In this document: positions 8,880-20,689 of the stretch, piece by piece
Layout: every line of letters starts with the position of its first letter
Numbering within the stretch: the first letter of the stretch is position 1
Origin: Acidobacteriota bacterium
GTDB lineage: Bacteria; Acidobacteriota; Polarisedimenticolia; Gp22-AA2
Direction: 5' to 3'
NCBI GenBank assembly: GCA_018606725.1
Contig: JAGYID010000001.1
Span: 52,803-116,802, forward strand
Length of the DNA stretch: 64,000 nt
Translations under genes and position numbers: made by a program
The notes under the pieces: model-generated
Database searches by the model: none
What the model was told of the DNA's origin: nothing
What the model saw: the letters and a program-made list of their open reading frames with translations, nothing else

Positions 8880-9934
8880 GCGACCTCGCCCCCGGCCTGA
8901 AGACCGCCGCGCCGCGGCCGCGGCCGCCGGCGCGGGCTGGCAGGCGGACCGCTCTGCCGGCCGGCCTGCCGGCGGTGATCGCGCTGGTGGCCGACAAGCT
9001 GGACCAGGTCGAGCAGGAGTGCCGCCGCAACCTGCGCTCCGACGTCGGGGTGATCGATGAGGCGGGCCGCTACATCGCCGACGGCGGGGGCAAGCGGGTA
9101 CGCCCGATCCTGCTGCTGCTGTCGTCCCAGCTCTGCGGCTACCGCGGCGACCGCGACGTCCTGTTCGCGTCGGTGTTCGAGTTCATCCACACCGCCACGC
9201 TGGTGCACGATGACATCATCGATGAAGCCGATCTGCGCCGCGGGCGCGGCTCGCTCAATTCCCGCTGGGGCAACGGCCTGACCGTCCTGCTCGGCGATTA
9301 TCTCTACATCAAGTCGATGAACATGGCGCTCGAGGCCGATGACATCGAAATCATCAGGATCCTGGCGGGCATCACCCTGAAGATGATCGAGGGGGAGCTG
9401 ATCGCGCACCGCCGCCGCTGGGACATCGACATCAACGAGCGGGAGCATCTGGAGATCATCCGTCGCAAGACCGCCTGCCTGTTCTCGGGTTGCAGCCAGG
9501 TGGCGGCGGTCCTGTCGGCCGCCGGCCCGGAGAAGGTCCAGGCTCTCACCGATTACGGCCTGAACCTAGGGATGGCATTCCAGCTGATCGACGACCTGCT
9601 CGACTTCACCGCCGACGAACGGGTCCTTGGCAAGCCGGTCGCCTCGGACCTCAAGGAAGGGAAGCTGACCCTGCCGCTGATCTATCTCCTGGAGCGGGGC
9701 GATCCGACCGAGCGGGCCATGGTCCAGACGGTCCTCGAAGAGCGCGATTTCCGCACCGTCGGACGTGACGAGATCGTGGTGCTGCTGCGCCAGGCCGGGA
9801 CGCTGGAGCGGACCCGGGACTTGGCGCTGTCCTACGCCCGCCACGCGCGCGAGTCGCTCGACCTGTTCGATGACTGCCCGGCGAAAGAAGCCCTGCAGGC
9901 CCTTCCCGATTTCGTCGTCTCGCGCGAGTACTGA
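8876..9934 (+). CDS. ispB: Polyprenyl diphosphate synthase (octaprenyl/heptaprenyl type)
   Basis: Both trans-prenyltransferase DDxxD motifs are present (TLVHDDIIDEAD and FQLIDDLLDF), along with GKRVRPIL. ATG at 8876. Confidence 0.85.
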   Translation: MSDLAPGLKTAAPRPRPPARAGRRTALPAGLPAVIALVADKLDQVEQECRRNLRSDVGVIDEAGRYIADGGGKRVRPILLLLSSQLCGYRGDRDVLFASVFEFIHTATLVHDDIIDEADLRRGRGSLNSRWGNGLTVLLGDYLYIKSMNMALEADDIEIIRILAGITLKMIEGELIAHRRRWDIDINEREHLEIIRRKTACLFSGCSQVAAVLSAAGPEKVQALTDYGLNLGMAFQLIDDLLDFTADERVLGKPVASDLKEGKLTLPLIYLLERGDPTERAMVQTVLEERDFRTVGRDEIVVLLRQAGTLERTRDLALSYARHARESLDLFDDCPAKEALQALPDFVVSREY

Positions 9935-10121
9935 CACCCGCGCCATCCGCCAAATCCCGCCGCCGGATTTATTTCCACAGGATTTCCACAGTGCACGGCA
10001 CCGCTAGGTATAGAAATTCGTTGGAGCGGTGCCACAACCTATTGGTTCCCCGGCGTCATGACCGTCCGCCGCTGTGCTAAGATTCACGGCTACGACGGCG
10101 CGGTTCCGTCTTCGGAGACGC

Positions 10122-13100
10122 ATGGCCCGCTACCTCAGGCTCGACCGGATGCAGATCATCGGTTTCAAGTCCTTCTACGGCCGGACCGATTTCGAGTTCC
10201 CCGAGGGGATCACCGCCGTCGTCGGACCGAATGGCTGCGGCAAGAGCAACATCGGTGACGCCATTTCCTGGGTGCTCGGCGAGCAGCGTGTCAGCCTCCT
10301 GCGCAGCGACCGGATGGAGGACATGATCTTCAATGGCAGCGAGGCGCGCCGGCCGCTCGGCATGGCCGAGGTGTCACTGACCTTCAGGAACGTCGCCGCC
10401 TCGCGGGTCAACGGGAACGGCCACGGCGGCAACGGGAGCACGATCGCGTCGGCCGGCGTCAACGGCAGCGATCACGCGCTGGCCATCCCGCTGGCCGCGG
10501 AAATCGACATGGCCGTGATCGAGGCCGCGCCGGGCGGAGTCGCGGCGATCGGGAGCGCGACGGACGAGGCCGAAGCCGGTGGAGCCGAGGCCGACGATGT
10601 CGCGCCGGTGGAGTCGCCGGCAGGGCCGGAGCCGGATGGCCCGCTGTTCACCGAGCTGCCCGACGAGGTCGTTGTGACCCGACGGCTGTACCGGTCGGGG
10701 GAGAGCGAGTACAGCCTCAACGGACGCCGCTGTCGTCTGCGGGACATCCAAGATCTCCTTGCGCGCACCGACATCGGCACCCGCCTCTATTCGACGATCG
10801 AGCAGGGGAAGATCGATCAGGTGCTGGTCGCCAAGCCGAAGGAGCGGCGGGCGATGTTCGAGGAGGCGGCCGGCATTCTCGGTTACAAGTCGAAGCGGCG
10901 CCAGGCCGAGCAGAAGCTCGAGGCGGCGCAGGCGAACCTGTTGCGCATCGGCGACATCGTCGCCGAGGTCGACAAGCAGATCGGCTCGCTCAAGCGCCAG
11001 GCCGCCAAGGCGCGCCGCTACCGCCGGCTGCTGGAGGATCTGCGCGAGCGGCGCCGCGCCATCCTGCACCGCCGGTTGCTGCTGTGCGACGGCGATCGAC
11101 GGACCACCGCCGAAGCGCTGCGGACGCTGCGCGAGGAGGACGCGGCAGCGGCCGCCCGGCTCGCCGGCGAAGAGGCCGACCTCGAGACCGTGCGCCTGAA
11201 GCTGGAGGAGAGCGAAGCGGCGGCCCGCGAGCGCCAGGCCGAGATCCACGCCCTCGATCTGGACATCGACCGGCTGCAGGAGAGGATCCGCAACGCCCGC
11301 CAGCAGGGGGGCGACCTGACGGCCCGGATCGACGAGCTCGAATCCGAGGCCGCGGCGCTGGCGAACCGGGCGGCGGACCTGGAAACCCGCCGCACGGCGC
11401 TGCAGGCGGAGCGCGGCGACTCGGCGCGACGGCTTCAGGAAGGCGATGCGGCGGCGCGGGCGATCCAGGCGGCCCAGGACGAGGCGGCGGCGGAGATCGC
11501 CCGGCGGGAGGCGGCGCTCGAGAGCCAGCGGACCGCCCTGATGACCCGCATCGAGCGCTTCACCGGTCTCACGCAGCGACTGGCGTCGGCGGCCGAACAG
11601 GCGCGGGGCGCGGCCGAGGCGCTCGACAGGATCGAGCGCGAATCGGCCGATCTCGCCGGGCAGGCCGGACGGATCGACACGGGGCTCGCCGAACTGGAGC
11701 GCGACGTCGAAGCGGCCCGCCTGCGGGCGGCCGAGGCGGCGGGAGCGCGCGACCTGGTTTCGGCCGCGGCGGCCGAAGCCGAGCCACGGCTGTCGGAGGC
11801 CGAGCGGGCCGCCGAAGAGATGAAAGGCCGGGCCGCGGCGCTGGCGGAGCGGCTGGTGACGCTGCGCGAGATGGAGCGACAGCACGCCGGCTTCGCCGAG
11901 GGGGTGCGTGAGATCCTCGACGGCGCCGCCGGATGCGCGGCGCAGGGTGTCGTCGGAGAGGGGCTCAGCGTCGAGCGGGGGCTGGAGCAGGCGGCGGAAG
12001 CCGCCCTCGCCGGATTGCTCGAGGCGGTCCTGGTCGCGGGGCCCGACGAGGCGGCGCGCGGCATCCGCCACCTGCGCAGCACGGCGCGCGGCCGGGTCTC
12101 GTTCGTCAGCGCCGGCGCAGCCTCCGAGTGCGCGCCGATGGCCCTGCCGGAAGAGCTGGCGCGCCAGCCGGGGTTGATCGGCTCCCTGGCGGACCGGATC
12201 GGCGGCCCGCAGCCGGGTCCGGTGGCGGCCATCCTGAAGCGCAGCCTCCTCGTCGAGACGCTCGAGCTGGCGCTCGATCTGCATCGCTCGCATCCCGGCT
12301 TCGTCTACATCACGCCGCAGGGCGACGTGGTGCAGCCCGATGGCGTTGTCACAGGAGGCGACGGCCGCGTCCTGCAGCACGGCATCCTGGCGCGGCGCGC
12401 CGAGTTGGAGGATGTGGGGCGCCAGGCGGCGGAGGCGGTGGCGCTGCGTGACGCCGCCGAGGCCCGCCTGCCGTCCCTGCGCGACGCGCTGCTCGCCGGC
12501 CGGGAGAGCCTGCGGGCGGCCGAGGCGCTGGTGGTGGAGTGCGACCGGGCCGGATTCGAGCGCGAGCTGCAGCTGCAGAACCTGCGCGGCGAGCGAGCCC
12601 GCATCGAGCGGGCCCTGCCGCTCCTGCGCGCCGAACGGGAGCGCCTGGCGCGCGCCGCGGAGACCGGAACGGCCGAGGCGGCGGCGCTCCGGGAGGAGGC
12701 CGCCGGCGTCGAGGCCGGGCGCCGCGGGCTGGAGACCGACATCCAGGAGGCCGCCGCGGCGATCGCGTCGCGGCGCGCCGATCTCGAGCGGGTGCGACAG
12801 CAGGCGGCCGAGGCGATGGCCCGCCTCGCCGCGGAGCGCGAGAAGTCCCTCGCGGGCGAACGCGAGCTGGCCGAGCTGGAGCGCTCCCAGGCGGACATGC
12901 GCGCCACCGCCGAGCGACGCCGGGTCGAGAAGGACGAGTGCGCCGCCAGGCAGGCGGCGCTGCACGAGCAGGAAGGCGCCGACGGCCTGCAGCTCGAGGC
13001 GGCGCTCGGCAGACGCGCCGAGGCGGCGGCGCGCGACGAGGCGGCGCACGCCGGGCTGGCGTACGACCGCAGCCTGCTGCACGCCCGCGGGCAGGCGGTC

Positions 13101-13919
13101 AAGGCGGCGCGCGCCGAGCACGAGGAGCGCCGGACGCGCGTCCAGGAGATGGAGCTGCACCTGGCGCGGCTCGACGCGGACCTCGATCACATGGCGGCCA
13201 CCTGCCGTGACGACCTGGCGATCGGCCTCGAGGAGCTGCGCGCGGCCGCGGCGCCGGAGGACCCGCGGCCGCTCGAGGAGTGCGAGGCGGAGATCGAGTC
13301 GCTCAAGACCCAGGTCGAGGCGGTGGGACCGGTCAACCTGATGGCGATCGAGCAGTGCGCCGAGCTGGAGGAGCGCTTCACCTTCCTGACGTCGCAGAAG
13401 AAGGATCTGGAGGACTCGATCGAGGCGCTGCGCGACACCATCCGCCGGATCAACCGCCAGTCGCGCGATCGGTTCCTCGAAGCGTTCCACGCCGTCCAGG
13501 GGCACTTCCAGGAGTCGTTCCGGACGCTGTTCGGCGGCGGCAAGGCGGAATTGCGGCTTCAGGAAGAGGAGTCCGACGTGCTGGAGGCCGGCATCGAGAT
13601 CGTCGCCCAGCCCCCGGGCAAGCGGCTGCAGAAGATCGCGCTCCTGTCGGGAGGCGAGAAGGCCCTCACCGCGGTGGCGCTGCTGTTCGCCCTGTTCCGC
13701 TACCGGCCGTCGCCGTTCTGCGTCCTCGACGAGGTCGACGCGCCGCTCGACGAGGCGAACGTCGAACGTTTCACCCGGCTGCTGAAGGCGCTGCGCGAGG
13801 ACACCCAGTTCATCCTGATCACCCACAACCGCAAGAGCATGGAGGCGGCGGATCTCCTCTACGGGGTCACCATGGAGGAGCCCGGTGTCTCGAAGGTCCT
13901 GCCGCTCCGTTTCGAGTGA
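10122..13919 (+). CDS. smc: Chromosome segregation protein SMC
   Basis: Start MARYLRLDRMQIIGFKSFYGRTDFEFPEGITAVVGPNGCGKSN (Walker A). Long coiled coils, then a C-terminal signature and Walker B (LSGGEKALTAVALLFALFRYRPSPFCVLDEVDAPLD). ATG at 10122. Confidence 0.92.
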   Translation: MARYLRLDRMQIIGFKSFYGRTDFEFPEGITAVVGPNGCGKSNIGDAISWVLGEQRVSLLRSDRMEDMIFNGSEARRPLGMAEVSLTFRNVAASRVNGNGHGGNGSTIASAGVNGSDHALAIPLAAEIDMAVIEAAPGGVAAIGSATDEAEAGGAEADDVAPVESPAGPEPDGPLFTELPDEVVVTRRLYRSGESEYSLNGRRCRLRDIQDLLARTDIGTRLYSTIEQGKIDQVLVAKPKERRAMFEEAAGILGYKSKRRQAEQKLEAAQANLLRIGDIVAEVDKQIGSLKRQAAKARRYRRLLEDLRERRRAILHRRLLLCDGDRRTTAEALRTLREEDAAAAARLAGEEADLETVRLKLEESEAAARERQAEIHALDLDIDRLQERIRNARQQGGDLTARIDELESEAAALANRAADLETRRTALQAERGDSARRLQEGDAAARAIQAAQDEAAAEIARREAALESQRTALMTRIERFTGLTQRLASAAEQARGAAEALDRIERESADLAGQAGRIDTGLAELERDVEAARLRAAEAAGARDLVSAAAAEAEPRLSEAERAAEEMKGRAAALAERLVTLREMERQHAGFAEGVREILDGAAGCAAQGVVGEGLSVERGLEQAAEAALAGLLEAVLVAGPDEAARGIRHLRSTARGRVSFVSAGAASECAPMALPEELARQPGLIGSLADRIGGPQPGPVAAILKRSLLVETLELALDLHRSHPGFVYITPQGDVVQPDGVVTGGDGRVLQHGILARRAELEDVGRQAAEAVALRDAAEARLPSLRDALLAGRESLRAAEALVVECDRAGFERELQLQNLRGERARIERALPLLRAERERLARAAETGTAEAAALREEAAGVEAGRRGLETDIQEAAAAIASRRADLERVRQQAAEAMARLAAEREKSLAGERELAELERSQADMRATAERRRVEKDECAARQAALHEQEGADGLQLEAALGRRAEAAARDEAAHAGLAYDRSLLHARGQAVKAARAEHEERRTRVQEMELHLARLDADLDHMAATCRDDLAIGLEELRAAAAPEDPRPLEECEAEIESLKTQVEAVGPVNLMAIEQCAELEERFTFLTSQKKDLEDSIEALRDTIRRINRQSRDRFLEAFHAVQGHFQESFRTLFGGGKAELRLQEEESDVLEAGIEIVAQPPGKRLQKIALLSGGEKALTAVALLFALFRYRPSPFCVLDEVDAPLDEANVERFTRLLKALREDTQFILITHNRKSMEAADLLYGVTMEEPGVSKVLPLRFE

Positions 13920-14203
13920 GGCCCGCCCTAGGAGCCGGTCCGAGTATTGGGCTGGGCCGCGTTCCGGACGCCGTGGGGCCGGATGCGAGGCGTCCGCGAC
14001 GCAGGCGACGCGGTGGCATCGGCGAGGAGCGGCAACGACGCAGACGGCCCCACGCCGCCGGAACCCGGAGGGCGCATGGGGATTGCGGCCGCAGCCGGCG
14101 TCGCTCGTCGTCGATGACCGACCAAGGTCATTGTCCTCCTCGCTCCTTGTCTGCGACCCGCAAGCCCCATGCGCGCGGCCCGGCCGAATACCCGGACAGG
14201 CTC

Positions 14204-14677
14204 CTAGCGCAGCGTCTTGCGGAAGACCCTCTGATCCTTGAGGTGGCGGTAGTCGAGCCGCTCGTAAAACAGATGCGCCCGGGTCCGGTGCACCCGCGAG
14301 CGGACGACGACGGCGTCGAGCCCGCAGGCCGCGGCCCAGCGCTCCGCCTCGGCGACCAGCGCCCGGCCGAGGCCGCCGCCGCGCACGCGCTCGTCGACCA
14401 CCAGGCCGACGATTTCGGCGACTGTGTCGCTCTCGACGCAGCGCTTCACCGAGATCTGGATGTAGCCGACGACCTCCGCGCCGCCGGTGTCGGCGACGAA
14501 TACGGCATGCTCCGGATGCCCGAGAATCGACTGCAGCCGGGCGTCCAGTTGCTCCGTCGTCGATGGGTAGCCAAGCGCGGTCGACAACTCCGCCAGCGCC
14601 GCCGCGTCCCCCGCCTCCGCCCGCCGGATCTGGGGTGCCAGGGCGGCGGGGAACTTAGATTCGCGCGGCTCGCTCAT
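14204..14677 (-). CDS. GNAT family N-acetyltransferase
   Basis: The product MSEPRESKF...VGLVVDERVRGGGLGRALVAEAERWAA contains an acetyl-CoA-binding motif. ATG confirmed at 14677. Confidence 0.75.
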   Translation of the reverse strand: MSEPRESKFPAALAPQIRRAEAGDAAALAELSTALGYPSTTEQLDARLQSILGHPEHAVFVADTGGAEVVGYIQISVKRCVESDTVAEIVGLVVDERVRGGGLGRALVAEAERWAAACGLDAVVVRSRVHRTRAHLFYERLDYRHLKDQRVFRKTLR

Positions 14678-14969
14678 GCCCGTCATTCTATCTGAGCCGA
14701 CCCGACGCCGAGGGCGCGCTGGGGCGAGATGAAAGCACAGCGTTGACGGGCGGCCCGGAGTGGGGGTGGCGGGGCCATCGCGGACCGCGCCCGCAAGCCG
14801 CCGCTCTTCGGCGGCCGGGCGTGGGAGCGAGGAGCGGCGCCGCGCCTGTCGGCGCTCTCCAGCCGATCCGGGCGCGGCGACCGCGTGCCGCGCCAACCCC
14901 ACTCCGGGCCGCCCCCGCGCGCCGCGGATCTTTGCGTCTGGCGCCGGCGCGCCGGTGGGGCGCGCGGCG

Positions 14970-14998
14970 TTGACACCCCCGCCCCCCTTGTGTAGAGT
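14970..14998 (+). promoter_or_regulatory. Consensus sigma-70 promoter (TTGACA-N17-TAGAGT) upstream of the amino-acid permease
   Basis: Read directly: ttgaca at 14970-14975, a 17-nt spacer, tagagt at 14993-14998. The 11-mer GACTTCGACAC follows at 15004-15014. Confidence 0.55.
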
Positions 14999-15046
14999 GC
15001 GGCGACTTCGACACTTGCCTGGCGCGCAATCCAAGGTGGCCGAGCG

Positions 15047-16854
<1,808 letters not shown>

Positions 16855-16882
<28 letters not shown>

Positions 16883-17628
16883 ACGGCGTTCACCGCCCGC
16901 TCGCGGCCGGCTTCCTGGTGGCCTGCGCCGCGCTCGCCGGCTGCGACGTGCGGATCCCCGAGGAGAAGCGGTCGCGCGCCGCCGGCTCGCCCGCTCCCAC
17001 CGCTCCCGGTCCGGTTCCGACTCCATCCGAGACGACCAGTCCGCCGGCACCGGCGCCGGCGACCGAGACGACGCCGTCGCCGAGCCTGGAGGCGGTCCCG
17101 TACGGGGCCGGCAAGGTGCTCCTGCCGGGGACGATCTGCGGCCCGATCGCCTGGGACGGGATCGTGCCGGGCGTCACCAAAGACGGAGATCTGATGACGC
17201 TGTTCGGACCGGGGCTGCTCGACAAGACGGCGGGCGAGGGCGGGGCGCGCCTGTATACCGACCGGGGCGGCACGATGACGGCGTGGCTCGTGCTCAGGCC
17301 GGACAGGGTGGTGGCGGAGATCGACCTGCGCCGCGGCTTCGCGCCCCCGGCGGGCGCCGCCCCGGAGGCGCGGCGCTGGATGACCTCGCCGCGGATCCGG
17401 CCCGACATCCCGGTGTACGGCCACGATGTCCGATTCGGGGCCGAGCCGCCGGCGATTCTCAAGGTCGCCGGAGCGCCGCGTCGCCAGGCGGAATCGGACG
17501 GCGGCAAGGTCGAGATCTGGACCTACGCGGGCGGCGGCCAGCCCGGTGCCTGCGAGCCCGGACCGGAGGTTCTGTTCCGCTTCGAGGACGGCCGCCTGGC
17601 GCGCGTGACCTACCGCGCCGGGCGGTAG
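16855..17628 (+). CDS. Predicted lipoprotein of unknown function
   Basis: Frame 1 shows RRLNGVHRPLAAGFLVACAALAGCD, a lipobox-type signal (LAGC). It is followed by a Pro/Thr-rich linker and a globular region. The start (GTG at 16855) is inferred and overlaps the permease 3' end. The 5' part of ORF 15301..17628 is an out-of-frame artefact. Confidence 0.45.
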
Positions 17629-19385
17629 CCGGGACCGCGCAAGATGCGGCCGGGCAGGTACTCGGTGACGCGTCCTTCGTCGACGACCGGGCGGCCGTTG
17701 ACGAAGACGTAGACGATCCCCTCCGAGAACTGGTGCGGCGCCTCGAAGGTGGCGCGATCGATCACCTTCGCGGGGTCGAAGGCGGTCACGTCGGCGTAGG
17801 CGCCCGGGCGTAGCATGCCGCGGTCGGTCAGCCCCAGTCGTTGCGCCGGCAGCGAGGTCATCTTCCGGATCGCGTCCTCCAACCTGAGAACTTTGTCGTC
17901 GCGGACGTACTTGCCGAGCACGCGCGGAAAGGTCCCGTAGGCGCGCGGGTGGGTCATCTCGGCCCCCAGCACGCCATCCGGGCGCAGGCCCGGCGCGTCG
18001 CAGTTGAAGGCGACGAACGGCGCCGCCGCGGCGGCCCGCACGTCGTCCTCTGACATCAGGAAGTAGATCGCGTCGACCGAACCGTTCTCCTCCACCAGGA
18101 GATCGAACAGGGCGTCGATCGGATCGACGCCGCGCAGGGCGGCGATCTCGGACAGGCGCTTGCCCTGGTACTTCTTGTTGGCCGCCGACGGCAGGCCGGC
18201 GACCAGGACGCCCTCGGGCCCGCCCGAGTTGCGCAGCGGATTGTCCCAGGCGAACGTCATGTGCTCCATCTCGGCGTGGATCTTGGCGCGCTCGATCGGA
18301 TCCTTAAGCCGGGCGATCAGCCCCTTGACCCCGCCCTCCGAGGCGGTCGGCGGCAGGCTGGCGGCGAGACCGGTGGCGGCGGCCGGGTAGGGATAGATGT
18401 CGGCGGTCAGGTCAATACCGCGCGCGCGCGCCGCCTCGATCGCCCGGAGGGCATCGCCCATGCGCCCCCAGTTCTGCCGCCCCGCCGCCTTCAGGTGCCA
18501 GATCTCGACCGGCAGGGAGGCCTGCTCGCCGATCGTCGCCGCCTCGGCGAGCGATTCGAGGAGACCGTCCGACTCGTTGCGGATGTGCGAGGCGTAAAAG
18601 CCGCCGTACGACGCGGCGACCTTGGCCAGCTCGATCAGCTCGGCGGTGTCGGCGAACGCCGCCGGCGGGTACATCAGCGATGACGACAGCCCGAAGGCGC
18701 CCTGCTCCATGGCGCGCGCCACGTGGCGCTTCATCGCCGTCAGCTCCTCCGGAGTCGGGCGGCGGTTCTCCCCCTTGAGCACCGCCATCCGCACCTGCGT
18801 CGCGCCGACCAGGTGCGCGAAGTTGATCGCGGTTCCCTTGACCTTGAGCCGCCGCACGTAGCCGTCCAAGTCGCGCCAGTCGATGTCGATCCGGTACGGG
18901 GCCAGGTCGGGCGTGACTTCGCTGATGGTGTAGGCGGTCATCGGGGCCACCGAGCCGCCCTCGCCGGTCAGCTCGGTGGTGATCCCCTGGGTGACCTTGC
19001 TGCGCACGTGCGGGTCGGCCAGCACGGTGAACTCCGACTGCCCGAGCATGTCGATGAACCCCGGCGCCACCACCAGGCCGCGCGCGTCGATGACCCGCCG
19101 GGCGTGCGCCTCGCCGAGGTCGCCGATGGCGGCGATCCGCTCGCCGCGGATGGCGAGGTCGGCGAGGCGCCAGGGGTTGCCGGCGCCATCGACGATGCGA
19201 CCGCCCTTGAAGATGACGTCGTAGTTTTCGGCGTCGCTTGCCGCGGCGGCTCCGGCGGGAGTCGCGGTCGCGCGAGCGGGTGTTGCGGTCGCGGGGGCCG
19301 CGGCGCGGGTTGCGGCTCCCGAAGCGAAGCAGCCCGCGGCGCAGACGGCGATCGCAAGACGGCGAAGAGCGGCGCCTGGGGTCAC
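17610..19385 (-). CDS. D-aminoacylase / N-acyl-D-amino-acid deacylase (amidohydrolase superfamily), secreted
   Basis: Signal peptide followed by an amidohydrolase metal-binding HxH-type region. The family resemblance (DVIFKGGRIVDG...VVAPGFIDMLGQSEF) is to D-aminoacylases. Its start overlaps the upstream M16 gene. Confidence 0.75.
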   Translation of the reverse strand: MTPGAALRRLAIAVCAAGCFASGAATRAAAPATATPARATATPAGAAAASDAENYDVIFKGGRIVDGAGNPWRLADLAIRGERIAAIGDLGEAHARRVIDARGLVVAPGFIDMLGQSEFTVLADPHVRSKVTQGITTELTGEGGSVAPMTAYTISEVTPDLAPYRIDIDWRDLDGYVRRLKVKGTAINFAHLVGATQVRMAVLKGENRRPTPEELTAMKRHVARAMEQGAFGLSSSLMYPPAAFADTAELIELAKVAASYGGFYASHIRNESDGLLESLAEAATIGEQASLPVEIWHLKAAGRQNWGRMGDALRAIEAARARGIDLTADIYPYPAAATGLAASLPPTASEGGVKGLIARLKDPIERAKIHAEMEHMTFAWDNPLRNSGGPEGVLVAGLPSAANKKYQGKRLSEIAALRGVDPIDALFDLLVEENGSVDAIYFLMSEDDVRAAAAAPFVAFNCDAPGLRPDGVLGAEMTHPRAYGTFPRVLGKYVRDDKVLRLEDAIRKMTSLPAQRLGLTDRGMLRPGAYADVTAFDPAKVIDRATFEAPHQFSEGIVYVFVNGRPVVDEGRVTEYLPGRILRGPGYRPAR

Positions 19386-20689
19386 GCCAGTTCCTCCTCC
19401 TTGAGATCGGGCCCGGCGACCACGAGGACGCAGCGGTCGAGGTTCAGGTATTTCTCCGCCAGGGCGTGCACGTCGGCCCGGGTCACCCCGGCGATCAGCG
19501 CCGGCAGGCGCCCGGGGTAGTCGATGCCGAGCCCGTAGAACTCGCAGTCGGCCAGGAACGACGCCGCATCGGGGTTGGTCTCGAGGTGTCGTGAGACTGA
19601 GGCCGCCAGGGCTTGCTTCGAGTCGGCGATTTCCTTCGGCGTGAAACCGCGGGCGACCGCGGTGGCGAGGGTGCGGCGCATCAGGTCGACGGCGCGGCGG
19701 GTCTCCGCCATGGTGACGCCGGCGCGGGCGACAATCGCCCCGGCGGCCCGGCCGGCGCTGACGCGCGAATAGGCGTAGTAGGCGAGCCCGGCCTTCTCGC
19801 GCACGGTGGCGCCCAGCCGCCCCCCGAGGCTGAATTCGCCGAGGGCGCTGCTGAGGACCATGGCGGCCGGCATTTCATCCGAGGTGCGGCGCATCGCCGG
19901 AAACCCGAAACCGATGTCCGCCTGGGTCTTCCCCGCGATCGGGCGGACGCGTGCGAGACGGCCAGGCAGCGCCGGCGGATCCGGGACGTCGGCACGGCCG
20001 GCGCCCGCGGTCGCGCTGGTCCAGGAGCCGAACCGCTCGGCGATCGCGTCGAAGGCGCGGTCCGGCTCGACGTCTCCGGCCACCACGACGACGGCGCCGG
20101 CCGGCGCGACGCGGCGCGCGTGGAAAGCGACCAGCTCGCCGCGGCCGATCCGGCCGGCGCTCTCCCGGTCCCCGAGCGCCGAGGCATGGTACGGGTGTCC
20201 GGGCGGATACAGGAGGGCGGCGAGCGTCTCCTCGGCCACCTGGCGCGTATCCTGGTCGCGCTCTGCGATCGCCGTCAGCAGCTGCGCCCGCTCGCGCTCG
20301 ACCTCGGCCTCGGGGAAGGCCGGCTCGCGGACGATCGATCGCAGCAGATCGAGGACGTCCGGCAGGTGCCGGGCCAGCAGGCGCGTTTCCATCTCGAGCG
20401 CGTCCCGCCGGCTGCGGGTCACGCACGAGGCGCCGATGAAGTCGAACCGCTCGGCGATTTCCGACGCGCCCAGGCTCCCGCAACCGCGGTCGATGGTCGC
20501 GGCCGTCATCTCGGAGGTGCCGGCGCGATCGGGGGGATCGAAGGCCGCGCCGGCCTCGAAGGTCAGGCGCAGCGTGATCGACGGGGACGCCGGGTTGCGG
20601 CGGACGACGACGACCAGGCCGTTGGGGAGCAACGTGCGGCGGGGCAGGGTCCCCATGGCACCCGGCGCGGTGGCGGCGGCGCGGCTCAC
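19382..20689 (-). CDS. M16 (pitrilysin/insulinase) family peptidase subunit, probably non-catalytic (no HxxEH)
   Basis: M16 fold pattern (LPNGLVVVVRRNPASPSITLRLTFEAGAA...) without the inverted zinc motif. 4-nt overlaps with both neighbouring genes. Confidence 0.7.
   Translation of the reverse strand: MSRAAATAPGAMGTLPRRTLLPNGLVVVVRRNPASPSITLRLTFEAGAAFDPPDRAGTSEMTAATIDRGCGSLGASEIAERFDFIGASCVTRSRRDALEMETRLLARHLPDVLDLLRSIVREPAFPEAEVERERAQLLTAIAERDQDTRQVAEETLAALLYPPGHPYHASALGDRESAGRIGRGELVAFHARRVAPAGAVVVVAGDVEPDRAFDAIAERFGSWTSATAGAGRADVPDPPALPGRLARVRPIAGKTQADIGFGFPAMRRTSDEMPAAMVLSSALGEFSLGGRLGATVREKAGLAYYAYSRVSAGRAAGAIVARAGVTMAETRRAVDLMRRTLATAVARGFTPKEIADSKQALAASVSRHLETNPDAASFLADCEFYGLGIDYPGRLPALIAGVTRADVHALAEKYLNLDRCVLVVAGPDLKEEELA

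Noticed and set aside
9960-9990. Direct repeat atttccacag-g-atttccacag upstream of smc, and a 9-bp stem-loop (ggcaccgct...agcggtgcc) at 9999-10035
   Set aside because: Too short to distinguish from chance or from a simple promoter-proximal operator. No second copy was noticed elsewhere in the window. It is mentioned only as a possible smc regulatory site.
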